38,111 bases of DNA from a virus (Duplodnaviria; Caudoviricetes): positions 1 to 38,111 of the IMG/VR virus record IMGVR_UViG_3300031841_003139; one strand, 5' to 3'. Both the position numbers and the translations under genes were made by a program. Shown one piece after another: positions 1 to 9,424 of this stretch. Numbering within the stretch: position 1 is the stretch's first letter; each line of letters begins with the position of its first letter. The notes under the pieces were generated by a model. The model saw only the letters and a program-made list of their open reading frames with translations, was not told the origin of the DNA and made no database searches.

Positions 1-375
1 GGACTATCAATCGTTTGTGACTGATTAACTTCGTCAGGTGTCAGCGCGTGCTCTTGGGTCAGCGTCGGACTATCAATCGTTTGTGACTGATTAACTTCGT
101 CAGGTGTCAGCGCGTGCTCTTGGGTCAGCGTCGGACTATCAATCGTTTGTGACTGATTAACTTCGTCAGGTGTCAGCGCGTGCTCTTGGGTCAGCGTCGG
201 ACTATCGATCGTCTGCGACTGGCTGACACTATCCACACTTAAAGATACACCGCTGCTGATCGTTGGACTATCAATCGTCTGCGACTGGTTAACTTCATCA
301 GGCGTCAGCGTGTGGTCTTGGGTCAGCGTCGGACTGTCAACGCTCTGCGACTGATTAACTTCGTCAGGTGTAACG
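1..375. repeat. 66-bp tandem repeat: 3 perfect copies (1-66, 67-132, 133-198) plus about 2.7 degenerate copies
   Basis: Unit ggactatcaatcgtttgtgactgattaacttcgtcaggtgtcagcgcgtgctcttgggtcagcgtc read directly; encodes the 22-aa repeat on the minus strand. Confidence 0.95.
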
Positions 376-1019
376 GTTGCGCCGCCTGCTACCTCGCTTA
401 TAGCAAAAGCAAAAAGCTGTGCATCTTCCGCGCCGCCAGTATTGTCATAACCACAGGTAACATCGGCAGTACCAACAATGTCATAAGTATAAAAAGCCGA
501 GACTAAAGCGCCCATGTCACCCTCGCCACGGTCTGACCAGTTTGGCACTATCGGGCTTATGTTGGTGACTTGTGAATAACCACTTGTTAGTATCTCACCT
601 ACAAACGATTCGACGCCGCCGATTGCGAATACCGCTCTCGGGTTTGTTTCACTGCTAGAATCTATTAATTCCTCGGTTACGTTAATTTCGGTATCAGCCG
701 AGGCGGTTAACGTCATTACGACGCAATGTTTACCGGTATTAGAACTGACCGAGATCACACAGTCTTGATTTCCGGTTGGAATTCCTGACCCTAAAAAATA
801 TAAGTAGTGGACGGTATGTTCTGCGCCGGTTCCAACAAATCGAGCAACGCGGGTCATAGCGACACCGCCATAAGTCACGCCGGTTATAGTGTCGTTATCG
901 TTAGTACCTTGTGCAACACCAGCCCAAACACCCGACGGATCAGCGACGGGTGTTATGTTCATTGTTACATTGCCGCCGAACCCTGTGAAATTAGCATGAT
1001 TGTCGTACGCTACAGACAT
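1..1019 (-). CDS. Partial virion-associated/tail-fibre-like protein with 22-aa tandem repeats (runs off left edge; absent from ORF track)
   Basis: ATG at 1019 overlaps the TAA of the upstream ORF (TAATG). Open frame MSVAYDNHANFTGFGGNVTMNITP...ITGVTYGGVAMTRV... continues into (TPDEVNQSQTIDSPTLTQEHAL)n up to base 1. Beta-rich Thr/Gly/Val composition; function is inferred. Confidence 0.75.
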   Translation of the reverse strand, partial: MSVAYDNHANFTGFGGNVTMNITPVADPSGVWAGVAQGTNDNDTITGVTYGGVAMTRVARFVGTGAEHTVHYLYFLGSGIPTGNQDCVISVSSNTGKHCVVMTLTASADTEINVTEELIDSSSETNPRAVFAIGGVESFVGEILTSGYSQVTNISPIVPNWSDRGEGDMGALVSAFYTYDIVGTADVTCGYDNTGGAEDAQLFAFAISEVAGGATVTPDEVNQSQSVDSPTLTQDHTLTPDEVNQSQTIDSPTISSGVSLSVDSVSQSQTIDSPTLTQEHALTPDEVNQSQTIDSPTLTQEHALTPDEVNQSQTIDSPTLTQEHALTPDEVNQSQTIDS

Positions 1020-1873
1020 TAGTTAAGCGTTCCACTCGCTGTAATAGTAGGGCAATTAAAAACTACGGTTTGAGGATCGAAAGCGCCTGTTTCCACATTA
1101 ACGACAACTTCACCGGAATAGGTGCAAGTTTCAAATTCGTCAACCGGTGGTGGTGGCGGTGGCGGTGTGTTTGATGACTCAAAGCATTGTAATTGATCCG
1201 GCTCACCACCCGCGCACATTTGATCGCCGTTAAAATAAATAACCTCGGTGTTGATAAAAGTAACTAGATTGTTAGACGCAACCCAATTACCAAACAAATC
1301 ATATTCAACTATATTGGGTGACGATTCACACACGATCACAATATTGTCACCGTTCATTGCTAAGTCACCGCCGTTAGTGCATCCGCTTACCGAAAATAAA
1401 AAATCAGGCGTTATGGTGTTTCTATTACCGCCAGTGTCGACAAACGAGTAAATGCTTGATGATCTTTCATCTAAAACATAAACAATCCCGTTGTGAACGG
1501 TTAAACCTTCGATGCCGTCACTGCCAGTTTTGGGGATATTGACAAAAAATCGACGCTCTACGTTGCAATTACTAACGTTAATCACAGACACCCCGTTTTT
1601 AGCCTCGTTGACTGTGTAAACCCTGTGGTCGTCTAAATATTCAACCGCCTCTAAATCGCCTCCACTAGCGCATTGCGTTGGACTATCGCTAAAGCTAACC
1701 ATTCCGCTTTTGTTGTCAACGTATGTCGCGCCGTAAATAGGACTATAAGCGCCGCCCGACAAATCGGTATAACCTGCTAGATTCTGCATTTCGCCAACCG
1801 GTTGATACTCAGATACGTCAGCCGCAAGCACTGACAACGGAAACAATAATAAAATCGTTATATATTTAATCAT
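1019..1873 (-). CDS. Exported SdiA-regulated/YjiK-like beta-propeller protein with polyproline linker
   Basis: Signal peptide MIKYITILLLFPLSVLA|AD. Motifs LSGGAYSP, DLEAVEY, GIEGLT, VLDER, IVEYDLFG and GEPDQL parallel the YjiK repeats. TPPPPPPPV precedes a short C-terminal domain; many Cys. Confidence 0.6.
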   Translation of the reverse strand: MIKYITILLLFPLSVLAADVSEYQPVGEMQNLAGYTDLSGGAYSPIYGATYVDNKSGMVSFSDSPTQCASGGDLEAVEYLDDHRVYTVNEAKNGVSVINVSNCNVERRFFVNIPKTGSDGIEGLTVHNGIVYVLDERSSSIYSFVDTGGNRNTITPDFLFSVSGCTNGGDLAMNGDNIVIVCESSPNIVEYDLFGNWVASNNLVTFINTEVIYFNGDQMCAGGEPDQLQCFESSNTPPPPPPPVDEFETCTYSGEVVVNVETGAFDPQTVVFNCPTITASGTLN

Positions 1874-2288
1874 TTTGTTTTTTCACCTTTTCATTGTGTG
1901 AGCTAATACAGCGATCTTTGTGATCAGATATTAGGTTTTGTTTAATAATATAATTTAAGATTTGGCTAGTATTATCGGCCATTTTTTCATAATCACCTAG
2001 CTGTAACCCTAAAACGTTTTCGCCTGTTTTAGTTTTGGCTAAAACCCAAGTAATAGTTAACAATTCGAGCGGTTTATTTTTTGGAGTATCTAAACAGACA
2101 ACCGGTTTAGTTTGGTACTTCGTGATCATCACTGGTGGCTTTTTGTAATCGCTGGCGCATCCGTTCAGTGCCAACGTTAGCAAGCTTAACAATCCGATCA
2201 CCTTTAACTTGTAACAAACGGTCAAAGCGCCCTTTTTCTTTTTTGAAAACATTAAGATCATTTTCTTTTTGCCTCCGCAATGTATCAA
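1866..2288 (-). CDS. Outer-membrane spanin (Rz1-like lipoprotein); true start probably downstream (e.g. ATG 2252)
   Basis: Basic N-region, hydrophobic stretch and lipobox LALNG|C; overlaps the 3' end of the i-spanin in another frame; in lysis cluster. Confidence 0.75.
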   Translation of the reverse strand: MIHCGGKKKMILMFSKKKKGALTVCYKLKVIGLLSLLTLALNGCASDYKKPPVMITKYQTKPVVCLDTPKNKPLELLTITWVLAKTKTGENVLGLQLGDYEKMADNTSQILNYIIKQNLISDHKDRCISSHNEKVKKQND

Positions 2289-2607
2289 ATTCTAAATTTA
2301 TTTGATTAATTGCATTTTGTTGTTCATCAATAATTAATCGGTCTAGCTCTGTTTGCTTTTCTAAATGTTCGACTTGACCAACTAACTGTTTGTTTTGAAG
2401 ATCAAATTGCTCATTTTTAGAAAGCAGTTTAGCGTTTTCTAATTTTTGGTCGTTGTATTTATCTGTCAAATACCACACTGTGCCGCCAAACAATAAAACA
2501 CCGACGACGACCAAAAATATTTTGATCCTAGCCGGTGAACCAAACAACCAACCGATCACGGGGTTAAAAACTTTCAATAATACATCAAGCATTTTATTTC
2601 TCGTCAA
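2107..2607 (-). CDS. Inner-membrane spanin (Rz-like)
   Basis: One N-terminal TM helix (IFLVVVGVLLFGGTVWYL) then a long coiled coil; overlapped by a lipoprotein gene; downstream of the endolysin. Confidence 0.75.
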   Translation of the reverse strand: MTRNKMLDVLLKVFNPVIGWLFGSPARIKIFLVVVGVLLFGGTVWYLTDKYNDQKLENAKLLSKNEQFDLQNKQLVGQVEHLEKQTELDRLIIDEQQNAINQINLEFDTLRRQKENDLNVFKKEKGRFDRLLQVKGDRIVKLANVGTERMRQRLQKATSDDHEVPN

Positions 2608-2776
2608 TCGGTTGTTTGGTTTGTTCTCTTAACCAAATGATTATTAACCCTACAATCAAGGTTGCTAAACCGTACCCCATCTGTTCGAGATAAAGTTGTA
2701 TTAAGCCAGCCATATTGATTAACATGCCAAAATTAAAAGTTTTAGATTTCACTCGCTGTTTTATATATTTAACCAT
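2594..2776 (-). CDS. Putative holin
   Basis: 60 aa, two hydrophobic segments, basic N-terminus; between endolysin and spanins; SD GAGG upstream. Confidence 0.6.
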   Translation of the reverse strand: MVKYIKQRVKSKTFNFGMLINMAGLIQLYLEQMGYGLATLIVGLIIIWLREQTKQPIDEK

Positions 2777-2792
2777 AGGTCGATCCTCTCGT

Positions 2793-3335
2793 TTAAAAAC
2801 GCTTAGCTCTATTGATCCATCCTTTTAAAAATTTACTTTGCGTTTTGTCGTTTTTAACAATAGCGTTATAGTGCTTGATTTGATTGTCGATAATCGCATC
2901 AATCAGTTGCCCGTGGGTATTGGTAAAATCACCAAGACGATTAACGGCGTAAAAACTGCGTTGTCCTAACACCCCATCAACTTTGATTTTAGATCCACAA
3001 TCAACACATGCTTGCTGTATTATTTTAGCAGCGGCTTTACCTCTCATGTTAACAAACAGATCTAAAGCCTTTCTACCAACAATTAGATCTCTAATATTAT
3101 CAAGCTTGTAGTGTGACCAAAAATATTTTTTATAAAGACCGACAGCCCTTTCCTTAGTTAAAGCTAAAACGTCTTTTTCCGTAATATGTCCGTCGCCGTC
3201 GATATCTTCTTTAGTTAGTTTTAAAAAACGGGTCGAAATACCTAGATTTGTAGCGCCGCCCTTGTCCGCTTTATCGTCAGAATAACCGCCCTCGTTACGT
3301 AAAACAAAAAGTATTGCGTTTTTAAAATTACTCAT
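2793..3335 (-). CDS. Endolysin, glycoside hydrolase family 108 with C-terminal peptidoglycan-binding domain
   Basis: EGGYSDDKADKGGATNLGI (GH108 EGGY signature), YKKYFW, VDGVLG and FLKGWINR (PG_binding_3-type end). Confidence 0.92.
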   Translation of the reverse strand: MSNFKNAILFVLRNEGGYSDDKADKGGATNLGISTRFLKLTKEDIDGDGHITEKDVLALTKERAVGLYKKYFWSHYKLDNIRDLIVGRKALDLFVNMRGKAAAKIIQQACVDCGSKIKVDGVLGQRSFYAVNRLGDFTNTHGQLIDAIIDNQIKHYNAIVKNDKTQSKFLKGWINRAKRF

Positions 3336-3351
3336 TTTTAACAGTCCTCAA

Positions 3352-3714
3352 TTATTTGAAATAACCAGCGCCACAGTGGCCGAAATCCCAAGGCTCAATA
3401 AAGTATTTACATAGAAAATGTGCTAACTTCCATCGCCATCGGTTCTCGTCCTCAGTGATTAAAATGAACCTTAACCGACTGGTTAGCGTTAGTTTGCTTA
3501 GTTTTTTGGTATGATGCCATTGTAAAAAAATGATCGTGCCAAAAACTAAATTAAAAATAACGTCTAGCGGGTAGCCTATTATTAACGCAGGCGAAAAAAC
3601 AATTTTAACCCAAAGGGGTGCTTTTTCTAACGACATTACTATTACATAAAGCAACCAAAGAACAATAAAACTTTTAGTTCCCCACTCAAGCAACCACATT
3701 AATAAATCAATCAT
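3352..3714 (-). CDS. Phage membrane protein of unknown function (possible holin/antiholin)
   Basis: 2-3 hydrophobic segments, Trp-rich; directly upstream of the endolysin. Confidence 0.55.
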   Translation of the reverse strand: MIDLLMWLLEWGTKSFIVLWLLYVIVMSLEKAPLWVKIVFSPALIIGYPLDVIFNLVFGTIIFLQWHHTKKLSKLTLTSRLRFILITEDENRWRWKLAHFLCKYFIEPWDFGHCGAGYFK

Positions 3715-4124
3715 AGCTTAGCAATCCCGTTAGCGTTAAAAGTTAGTTCGACATCTCTCGAGGACTCTGTGACAAGGGGTAAACCGACACCCGAGTCAAT
3801 ATAGCATAATAATTCGCTCGTCGCCTCTGTAGCTTTGTGATCGTAAACAATCAACGCTTTACAGGTCGCAACGGTCGGAGTTAAAAAAGTCGGGTCGTCT
3901 GCATCGATCCAGCTAGTGCCAGAAACGCCAAAAGTAAAATTACTTAACGATGCTGTTTGCATTCTTGCCGCAACCGGCACATCGTCTAAAAATTCGTGTG
4001 TTTGATTTAGCGTGTATTCCCCATCCTCGATCATAATGATTCGCGGGTCAGTCAACGCGCCTAAATCTAGTGTGTTGTTACCTATTTTAGCAAGGCTTAA
4101 TTCATACCATACATTAGCCATCAT
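3711..4124 (-). CDS. Putative virion structural protein
   Basis: GGAG SD; acidic, beta-rich (DADDPTF, ALIVY, LLCYID, FNANGI); follows the tail-tip gene. Confidence 0.55.
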   Translation of the reverse strand: MMANVWYELSLAKIGNNTLDLGALTDPRIIMIEDGEYTLNQTHEFLDDVPVAARMQTASLSNFTFGVSGTSWIDADDPTFLTPTVATCKALIVYDHKATEATSELLCYIDSGVGLPLVTESSRDVELTFNANGIAKL

Positions 4125-4130
4125 TATCTC

Positions 4131-7100
4131 CTATTCGGGAACAGTGCCATCAGCCGTTAACCCAAACGACGCTTGACCGGTCGTGTTAGCAGGGGTTAAT
4201 ATTTCTCTAACTTCAACAGTCATGTTTGATGAAATGCTGCTTGCGCTCATATCTGAAATTGATACCAAAATATCACTAGTTAACGGCGTCCAAGCGTTTA
4301 AAGTTCCAATAACTGTCACGCCTTGACCAACACCGGCAACAGCATTTTGAGTCATAAAGTATTCGTACGATGTGGTATCCGTCGTTGCTGTCGGCTTAAA
4401 TACGCCGTTGTCAACATCATTTTGAGTTGTACCGGTTCCCGCAACAGTCCACGTGCCATCTGTTCTTAAACTAAAGCTTTTAGCTGCTATCTCGTTACCT
4501 ATCGCATCGTAAGTTCCCGTTGGTGCGGCGTTCCATGATAGCGTTTCGGCCGCTGCTGCCGCTAAACTGATTGCGTGGTCGGTCGGTATATCATTGTTAG
4601 ACGGTACAATATCGGCTGTTATTTTTAAAACGGTTGTTTCGTGAACCGGTGGCGTTAATGTGTCAGCCTCAAAAACGCTTGAGTTGTAACGCGTCATTTT
4701 TACTGATACATAGTTATCATCTTTTGGTGTTACTCTTTGAACAATATAATCTTTTAAAACGCTTGAATCGTTCGGTTTAAATAAAAATAAAGTGCCTACC
4801 TGATAACCAGCATCACCTCTAGCGCGAATTGTAAACGGTATCACGTCGGATGTAAAAAACCCGTTAAGCCCGTCGCCCCTTGGGGTTACTGTGTGCTCTG
4901 ACGTCTCTAACCCATCCTCAGATCTAAAAATAACTGTACCGTCAGCCTGACCATTAAAATCAATAGGATCGTAAGTCAAATAAGTACCCGCCGGTGTCTC
5001 GTCGTAAGCTTTAATTTCACCCGCTTGAACGTTGATGTCAGTACCGTCAGCATTCGCCACACGATCACCCGCTTGCAAATGTAAACTTTCTTTAGTGGTC
5101 ACAACTTCCACAAACTCACGGTGCAATTTTAATTTTTTAAATTCAATGTTTGCCCTGTTCCATGCTTGCTTGAAATTCATAATACCAGCGGCGTCTATTT
5201 TCTTAGGATTTAAAGCGCTTTCGTCATCGGGCAAGTGAATCGTGAACGCTTCGCCGGTGTCCTCGTAAACCCATTGTAACTCGACCCCATCAAAATCGGT
5301 CGGCCGTTGCAATTTAATCGTTTTCTTTTCAGACCTTGGTTTTTTATTTCTACCATTAAAAACTGTCGTTCGTATTGTGTTTTCTTGATCTCTACCGAAT
5401 TCGACCCTATGACCGACCTTTTTAACAAAGCACCGGCAAGAGTTAGCTATAGTAATCAATTCGTCTTTAACGCTGGCTTTATCTGAGCTAAAAGAGTAGC
5501 TAAAACGGCCTAGCACGCTGCCGTAAGTGGCATCACTGTCTAAAGCGTCTTGTATGGTGTAAAGACCTGCGTAATCTATATCGTTAACTGATTTATTACC
5601 TATTAACGGATCAGTTAAATGATTCATTAATGCATCAGCCATCTTGGTTGTCGGGTTTAACTTGGGTAATATTCTGAACTCTAGATCGACAGCCGCTTGA
5701 GCCTGCATATCCTCATCGACAGTCACAACCCAGTCACCAGAAACGTCAGCAATAGACGCAAAAGTATAAGTGCCGTCATTCTCATCAGATCCCACAATTA
5801 CGAACTTATCACCGGCGACAAGATCGTTAAAATCGGTGAAATCTGGATCGGCGGTCTGATCTACTGTAAAAGTGTTTGTTGCGATAACCGCGTTAGCGTT
5901 TATAATAATAACTTCCGACCCTTCAAACAGATCGGTAGTGGTGTTATATGTTTTTAGCTTTCGAGTAACGATAGCGTTAAACTTTCTTTCTTGCGCTTGG
6001 GTCGCTTGATCCGTTGCTCTAGTTGTTAGTAGTATCGACGTAACATTACCCTGATCAAAATTACTAATTCTTTTAACACCAACTAGTCTAGCCCACTTGA
6101 CGACATCATAATAAGACGCGTCGTTTATAGTGTTCGTTTGTCTTTCGATAGTGGCTTGATAAATAGCGCCTTGGTTGGCCGGTATGATTTTAAACGTATA
6201 AAACCTTTGGTCTAATGTGTTGTCGCTAATGACATAGGTGTAAGTTTCCGTATTGACGATATTGTCATTAGAGTCTAGCTCGTCCAAAATGACATCAAGC
6301 GTGATCGATATTTCAACCGACGAGCCGGATCGCCTATCAGCTAAACCTCTAGGTGCTATTATATCTACCCAAATTTCATTTGTATCGCCCGACACCTTGA
6401 ATGTTCCAACATTACCAAAATCGCCGACGCTCTCAAAATTAACAATAGTGTTAACCGTCTCGCTAACTGTAGGTTCCTCGACTATTATTCTGTAGGTTGT
6501 TTGACCTTCAAAATCAGGCGGCTCGGCGGGTATCGTAAATGGTGAATATTGGACAAAAGTATAAGTACCGTCGTTAGATCCGGTTCCAGTGATCGAAAAC
6601 TGTTCACCTTCTTTTAATCGGCTAAATCGGCTAAATAACGAGGAATCTGATCTGAAACTAGTACCATCGTTAAACGTCACGCCGCTAGTGCTTATGTCAA
6701 AATTAGCCACGTCGTTAGGCGCTTTTATTTCCTGACCGTTAACCTCGTTACTTGCGAACGACTCTAGCAATTCAGGTACTAATTCATAAGAATTATAGAT
6801 CGAATATTCAGCGCTAGAAATATCGTCAATTAACGTATCGGTACTTTTTAAGCTGGCTATATCGTATTCGCCGCGTCCGATAATCAAATACTCAGTGACA
6901 AACTTAATATGCTCGATATATTCGACAACTGTTCTAGTTCCTAAATCGGGGTAAACTCTGCGTCGACCGTAAATGTCAGGTATGCGCGACAGTGGTCTAG
7001 CAACGTTGGTCTGACCTGTTAGTCGGTTGTTTGGGCTTTCGCTTGTCTTGGGGAAATTTGGGTTTTCTGGTATTGGTGGCGGGTTAACATCCGGCGCTAA

Positions 7101-7397
7101 TACTATAGCAGCAACCACAGCTACGATAATAGCGACAACAACCTCAACACCTTGAGGACGATGTACGATAATAAAGTGATCGTGGTCTTTTAACTCAATG
7201 TTTACTTGTTCAAAATCGTCTAAATCTATTCGTGTTTCTTCACTAACTTCTCTACTAAAAATAGCGGTCGGCGTAACAAAACCGTCAGGATATAAATTCA
7301 TCAAAAAACCAGCTAGATTATCGCCAGTTTTAAGAAAAATTAATTCTCTTTTGTTGATCCCTTCGGGGTCATGGTAAATTGTTATTCTAGGTTGCAT
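4131..7397 (-). CDS. Tail tip / host-specificity (gpJ-like central tail) protein
   Basis: 1088 aa after NlpC/P60. N-terminal gpI-like segment (HRPQGVEVVVAIIVAVVAA), then SPNNRLTGQTNVARPLSRIPDIYG..RVYPDL and DFDGVELQWV, typical of siphophage tail-tip proteins. Confidence 0.85.
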   Translation of the reverse strand: MQPRITIYHDPEGINKRELIFLKTGDNLAGFLMNLYPDGFVTPTAIFSREVSEETRIDLDDFEQVNIELKDHDHFIIVHRPQGVEVVVAIIVAVVAAIVLAPDVNPPPIPENPNFPKTSESPNNRLTGQTNVARPLSRIPDIYGRRRVYPDLGTRTVVEYIEHIKFVTEYLIIGRGEYDIASLKSTDTLIDDISSAEYSIYNSYELVPELLESFASNEVNGQEIKAPNDVANFDISTSGVTFNDGTSFRSDSSLFSRFSRLKEGEQFSITGTGSNDGTYTFVQYSPFTIPAEPPDFEGQTTYRIIVEEPTVSETVNTIVNFESVGDFGNVGTFKVSGDTNEIWVDIIAPRGLADRRSGSSVEISITLDVILDELDSNDNIVNTETYTYVISDNTLDQRFYTFKIIPANQGAIYQATIERQTNTINDASYYDVVKWARLVGVKRISNFDQGNVTSILLTTRATDQATQAQERKFNAIVTRKLKTYNTTTDLFEGSEVIIINANAVIATNTFTVDQTADPDFTDFNDLVAGDKFVIVGSDENDGTYTFASIADVSGDWVVTVDEDMQAQAAVDLEFRILPKLNPTTKMADALMNHLTDPLIGNKSVNDIDYAGLYTIQDALDSDATYGSVLGRFSYSFSSDKASVKDELITIANSCRCFVKKVGHRVEFGRDQENTIRTTVFNGRNKKPRSEKKTIKLQRPTDFDGVELQWVYEDTGEAFTIHLPDDESALNPKKIDAAGIMNFKQAWNRANIEFKKLKLHREFVEVVTTKESLHLQAGDRVANADGTDINVQAGEIKAYDETPAGTYLTYDPIDFNGQADGTVIFRSEDGLETSEHTVTPRGDGLNGFFTSDVIPFTIRARGDAGYQVGTLFLFKPNDSSVLKDYIVQRVTPKDDNYVSVKMTRYNSSVFEADTLTPPVHETTVLKITADIVPSNNDIPTDHAISLAAAAAETLSWNAAPTGTYDAIGNEIAAKSFSLRTDGTWTVAGTGTTQNDVDNGVFKPTATTDTTSYEYFMTQNAVAGVGQGVTVIGTLNAWTPLTSDILVSISDMSASSISSNMTVEVREILTPANTTGQASFGLTADGTVPE

Positions 7398-7794
7398 AAC
7401 GATAGAAATCTAACCTTTTGAATAGTTTACTAAGGTGTTTAACACTGTGGATCTCAGATGCGCCGGATTCTCTAACTAGTGAATGTAGCACAAAACCGCC
7501 TTTTATGAAAACCCCAACATGCTCTGGCCTCAGAGTTTTTCGACTGGTCATAACAACAACGTCGCCGTCAACCGGCCTAGCAACCTTGACCCAATCGTCA
7601 GACTTGCGCTTAATGCTTTTAATTTTATCGGCGGTTTTCTCCGTGGAATTTATATCATTTGGGTTAAAATGTGATAACCTTATGCCGAACAGATCCAAAT
7701 ATACAATGCAGACAATACCCCAACAATCAGCGCCGTCTAAATCAGCTTTACCACAAACCCAAGGAATACCTACATAATCGTTATAATCAATCAT
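7387..7794 (-). CDS. NlpC/P60-family tail assembly protein
   Basis: YVGIPW, GADCWG (catalytic Cys), HVGV and VLHS motifs. Confidence 0.9.
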   Translation of the reverse strand: MIDYNDYVGIPWVCGKADLDGADCWGIVCIVYLDLFGIRLSHFNPNDINSTEKTADKIKSIKRKSDDWVKVARPVDGDVVVMTSRKTLRPEHVGVFIKGGFVLHSLVRESGASEIHSVKHLSKLFKRLDFYRYAT

Positions 7795-8312
7795 AAAGAC
7801 CTTAACCCGCTAAAACGTTCTATTAAATAAAGTTCACCGGCTCGCTTAGTTGCGAAGTCGATGTCCTCAGCCGTAAAAGTTACTTGCTCGTAACCTTTCA
7901 TTGATACATCAGCAACCGACAGTTTAACCACAATGACCGGCTCCGCTCCACCATCACCGCTGTAAAATTTACGATAGATTAGATCGATAGGTGTCAGCCG
8001 TCCCGCTTCGGTTAGCTCGTCAATAATGTTATTGACCTCACCGCCAACCCCGCCGATACTAACAGTTAAAATCTGCTCAATTTCGCCGCTCTCTTGAGGC
8101 TCTATGACTTTCATATTGATGCCAACAAAATTAACTTTAACCGAGGCGTCGCGCGGTGCGTCTGACTCTAGCGTTAAACCTTCATCAACCGACGACGCAA
8201 CAAATCTCAAAGTCGATGAGAAATCAGGATGATATAATTCGATAGTTCTGTACTCCCTTTCTGACTCGGGCATACTTGCCGCAAACTTTTTGTATTCGTC
8301 TATTGCTGCCAT
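7791..8312 (-). CDS. Minor tail protein (DUF1833-like)
   Basis: TIELYHPDF..LRFV, YRKF and C-terminal RFSGL; canonical position between the distal tail genes and NlpC/P60. Confidence 0.75.
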   Translation of the reverse strand: MAAIDEYKKFAASMPESEREYRTIELYHPDFSSTLRFVASSVDEGLTLESDAPRDASVKVNFVGINMKVIEPQESGEIEQILTVSIGGVGGEVNNIIDELTEAGRLTPIDLIYRKFYSGDGGAEPVIVVKLSVADVSMKGYEQVTFTAEDIDFATKRAGELYLIERFSGLRSL

Positions 8313-8314
8313 TT

Positions 8315-9424
8315 TTAATAATTCTCATATTCGTCTAATATTTCTGCGGGAGTCATAACCCTGTTTAGTATTTTAACTTGATCTAAAGACCCGAAAAAAT
8401 TAGATTCTGAGGCGGATGCTGACCCGCCAAGCATTAATTCTGCTGTAGGGTCGTATTGAGCCGCGAAGGGGGCAAGTTCTTCCCTTACTTCAACACCATC
8501 AACATAGGTTTTACAAGTGTCTGACACTGAATCAACAACGAACGCTATTCTATACCAAACACCGCTGTCAGGCGTCGCTGTGACTGTGTTTCCTGCCACA
8601 CTATTAAAAACAGGATCATATCTGAATTCTTTCGTACTAGCCCTATAGTAGACTGACCAATCCCAAAGGAAAGTTCCCCGTGACATCACCATTACGAATT
8701 TGGCGTTACTCGATGTACCTGTGTCATCAACTCTAGCGCTAAATATAATAGTTAAATCTTTACCTAAATCAAAATCAGAATTCGGCGCGGCCACATAACC
8801 GCTTGTTGTTCCGCCTGCGTTTCTACACTTCCATGCTGTAACACTGTTTACGCTGCCTGTTGCTGGTGACTCGAATTCTTTAGCGCCGTATTTAGATGTT
8901 AATACATGGTTAGATCCTTCCGTGCTGGTGTCAGCGGTAGGGTCTAGCGTTGCGCCGCCGTCATCATCAAATTTCCAATAAGCAATCAAACCAGCGGGTA
9001 GAACTTCCGGTGGCGGTAGTCCTTCTAGTAACGCAGCCGCCGCTTGATATGTCGCTAAATCATCGTACTGTTTAGAGACAGCATTAAGATCGCCAGTAAC
9101 CAACCATTTTTTATTTTTAAGCGCTATTTTGTAGGGTTTTTGAAAATAGCATTCGTGTGATTTAGCACCGCCACCAACGATTAGATCCATATCAAAAGAT
9201 TTAGTACCACTATCTAATACGTGAAAATACCAGCCTTCAAAAACTTGCATCTGTATATCGTCAAACAACCATCGAACCTTGACGGGCATGTTGACTGTAT
9301 CAACTTTAAATTCAAATCTAGGCGCGCCGATCTCAACGTCCACTTGTTCTACTTGGTTTGCGCTCCCTTGAGTGTAACCGGTTATCAGCGGTAACGGCAT
9401 ATTAGTAGGGTAAAGTTCAGCCAT
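8315..9424 (-). CDS. Distal-tail-like protein fused to a LamG/concanavalin A-like domain
   Basis: First ~135 aa are paralogous to 9425-9835. After a PPP linker come GLIAYWKFDD, WYRIAFV, TYVDG, LMLGG and FFGSLDQVKILNRVMTPAEI, which are Laminin_G_3-type motifs. Confidence 0.8.
   Translation of the reverse strand: MAELYPTNMPLPLITGYTQGSANQVEQVDVEIGAPRFEFKVDTVNMPVKVRWLFDDIQMQVFEGWYFHVLDSGTKSFDMDLIVGGGAKSHECYFQKPYKIALKNKKWLVTGDLNAVSKQYDDLATYQAAAALLEGLPPPEVLPAGLIAYWKFDDDGGATLDPTADTSTEGSNHVLTSKYGAKEFESPATGSVNSVTAWKCRNAGGTTSGYVAAPNSDFDLGKDLTIIFSARVDDTGTSSNAKFVMVMSRGTFLWDWSVYYRASTKEFRYDPVFNSVAGNTVTATPDSGVWYRIAFVVDSVSDTCKTYVDGVEVREELAPFAAQYDPTAELMLGGSASASESNFFGSLDQVKILNRVMTPAEILDEYENY

Noticed and set aside
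1-198. CRISPR or terminal repeat at the left end
   Set aside because: Head-to-tail 66-bp units without spacers, in frame within a coding region, and unrelated to the right-end repeat.
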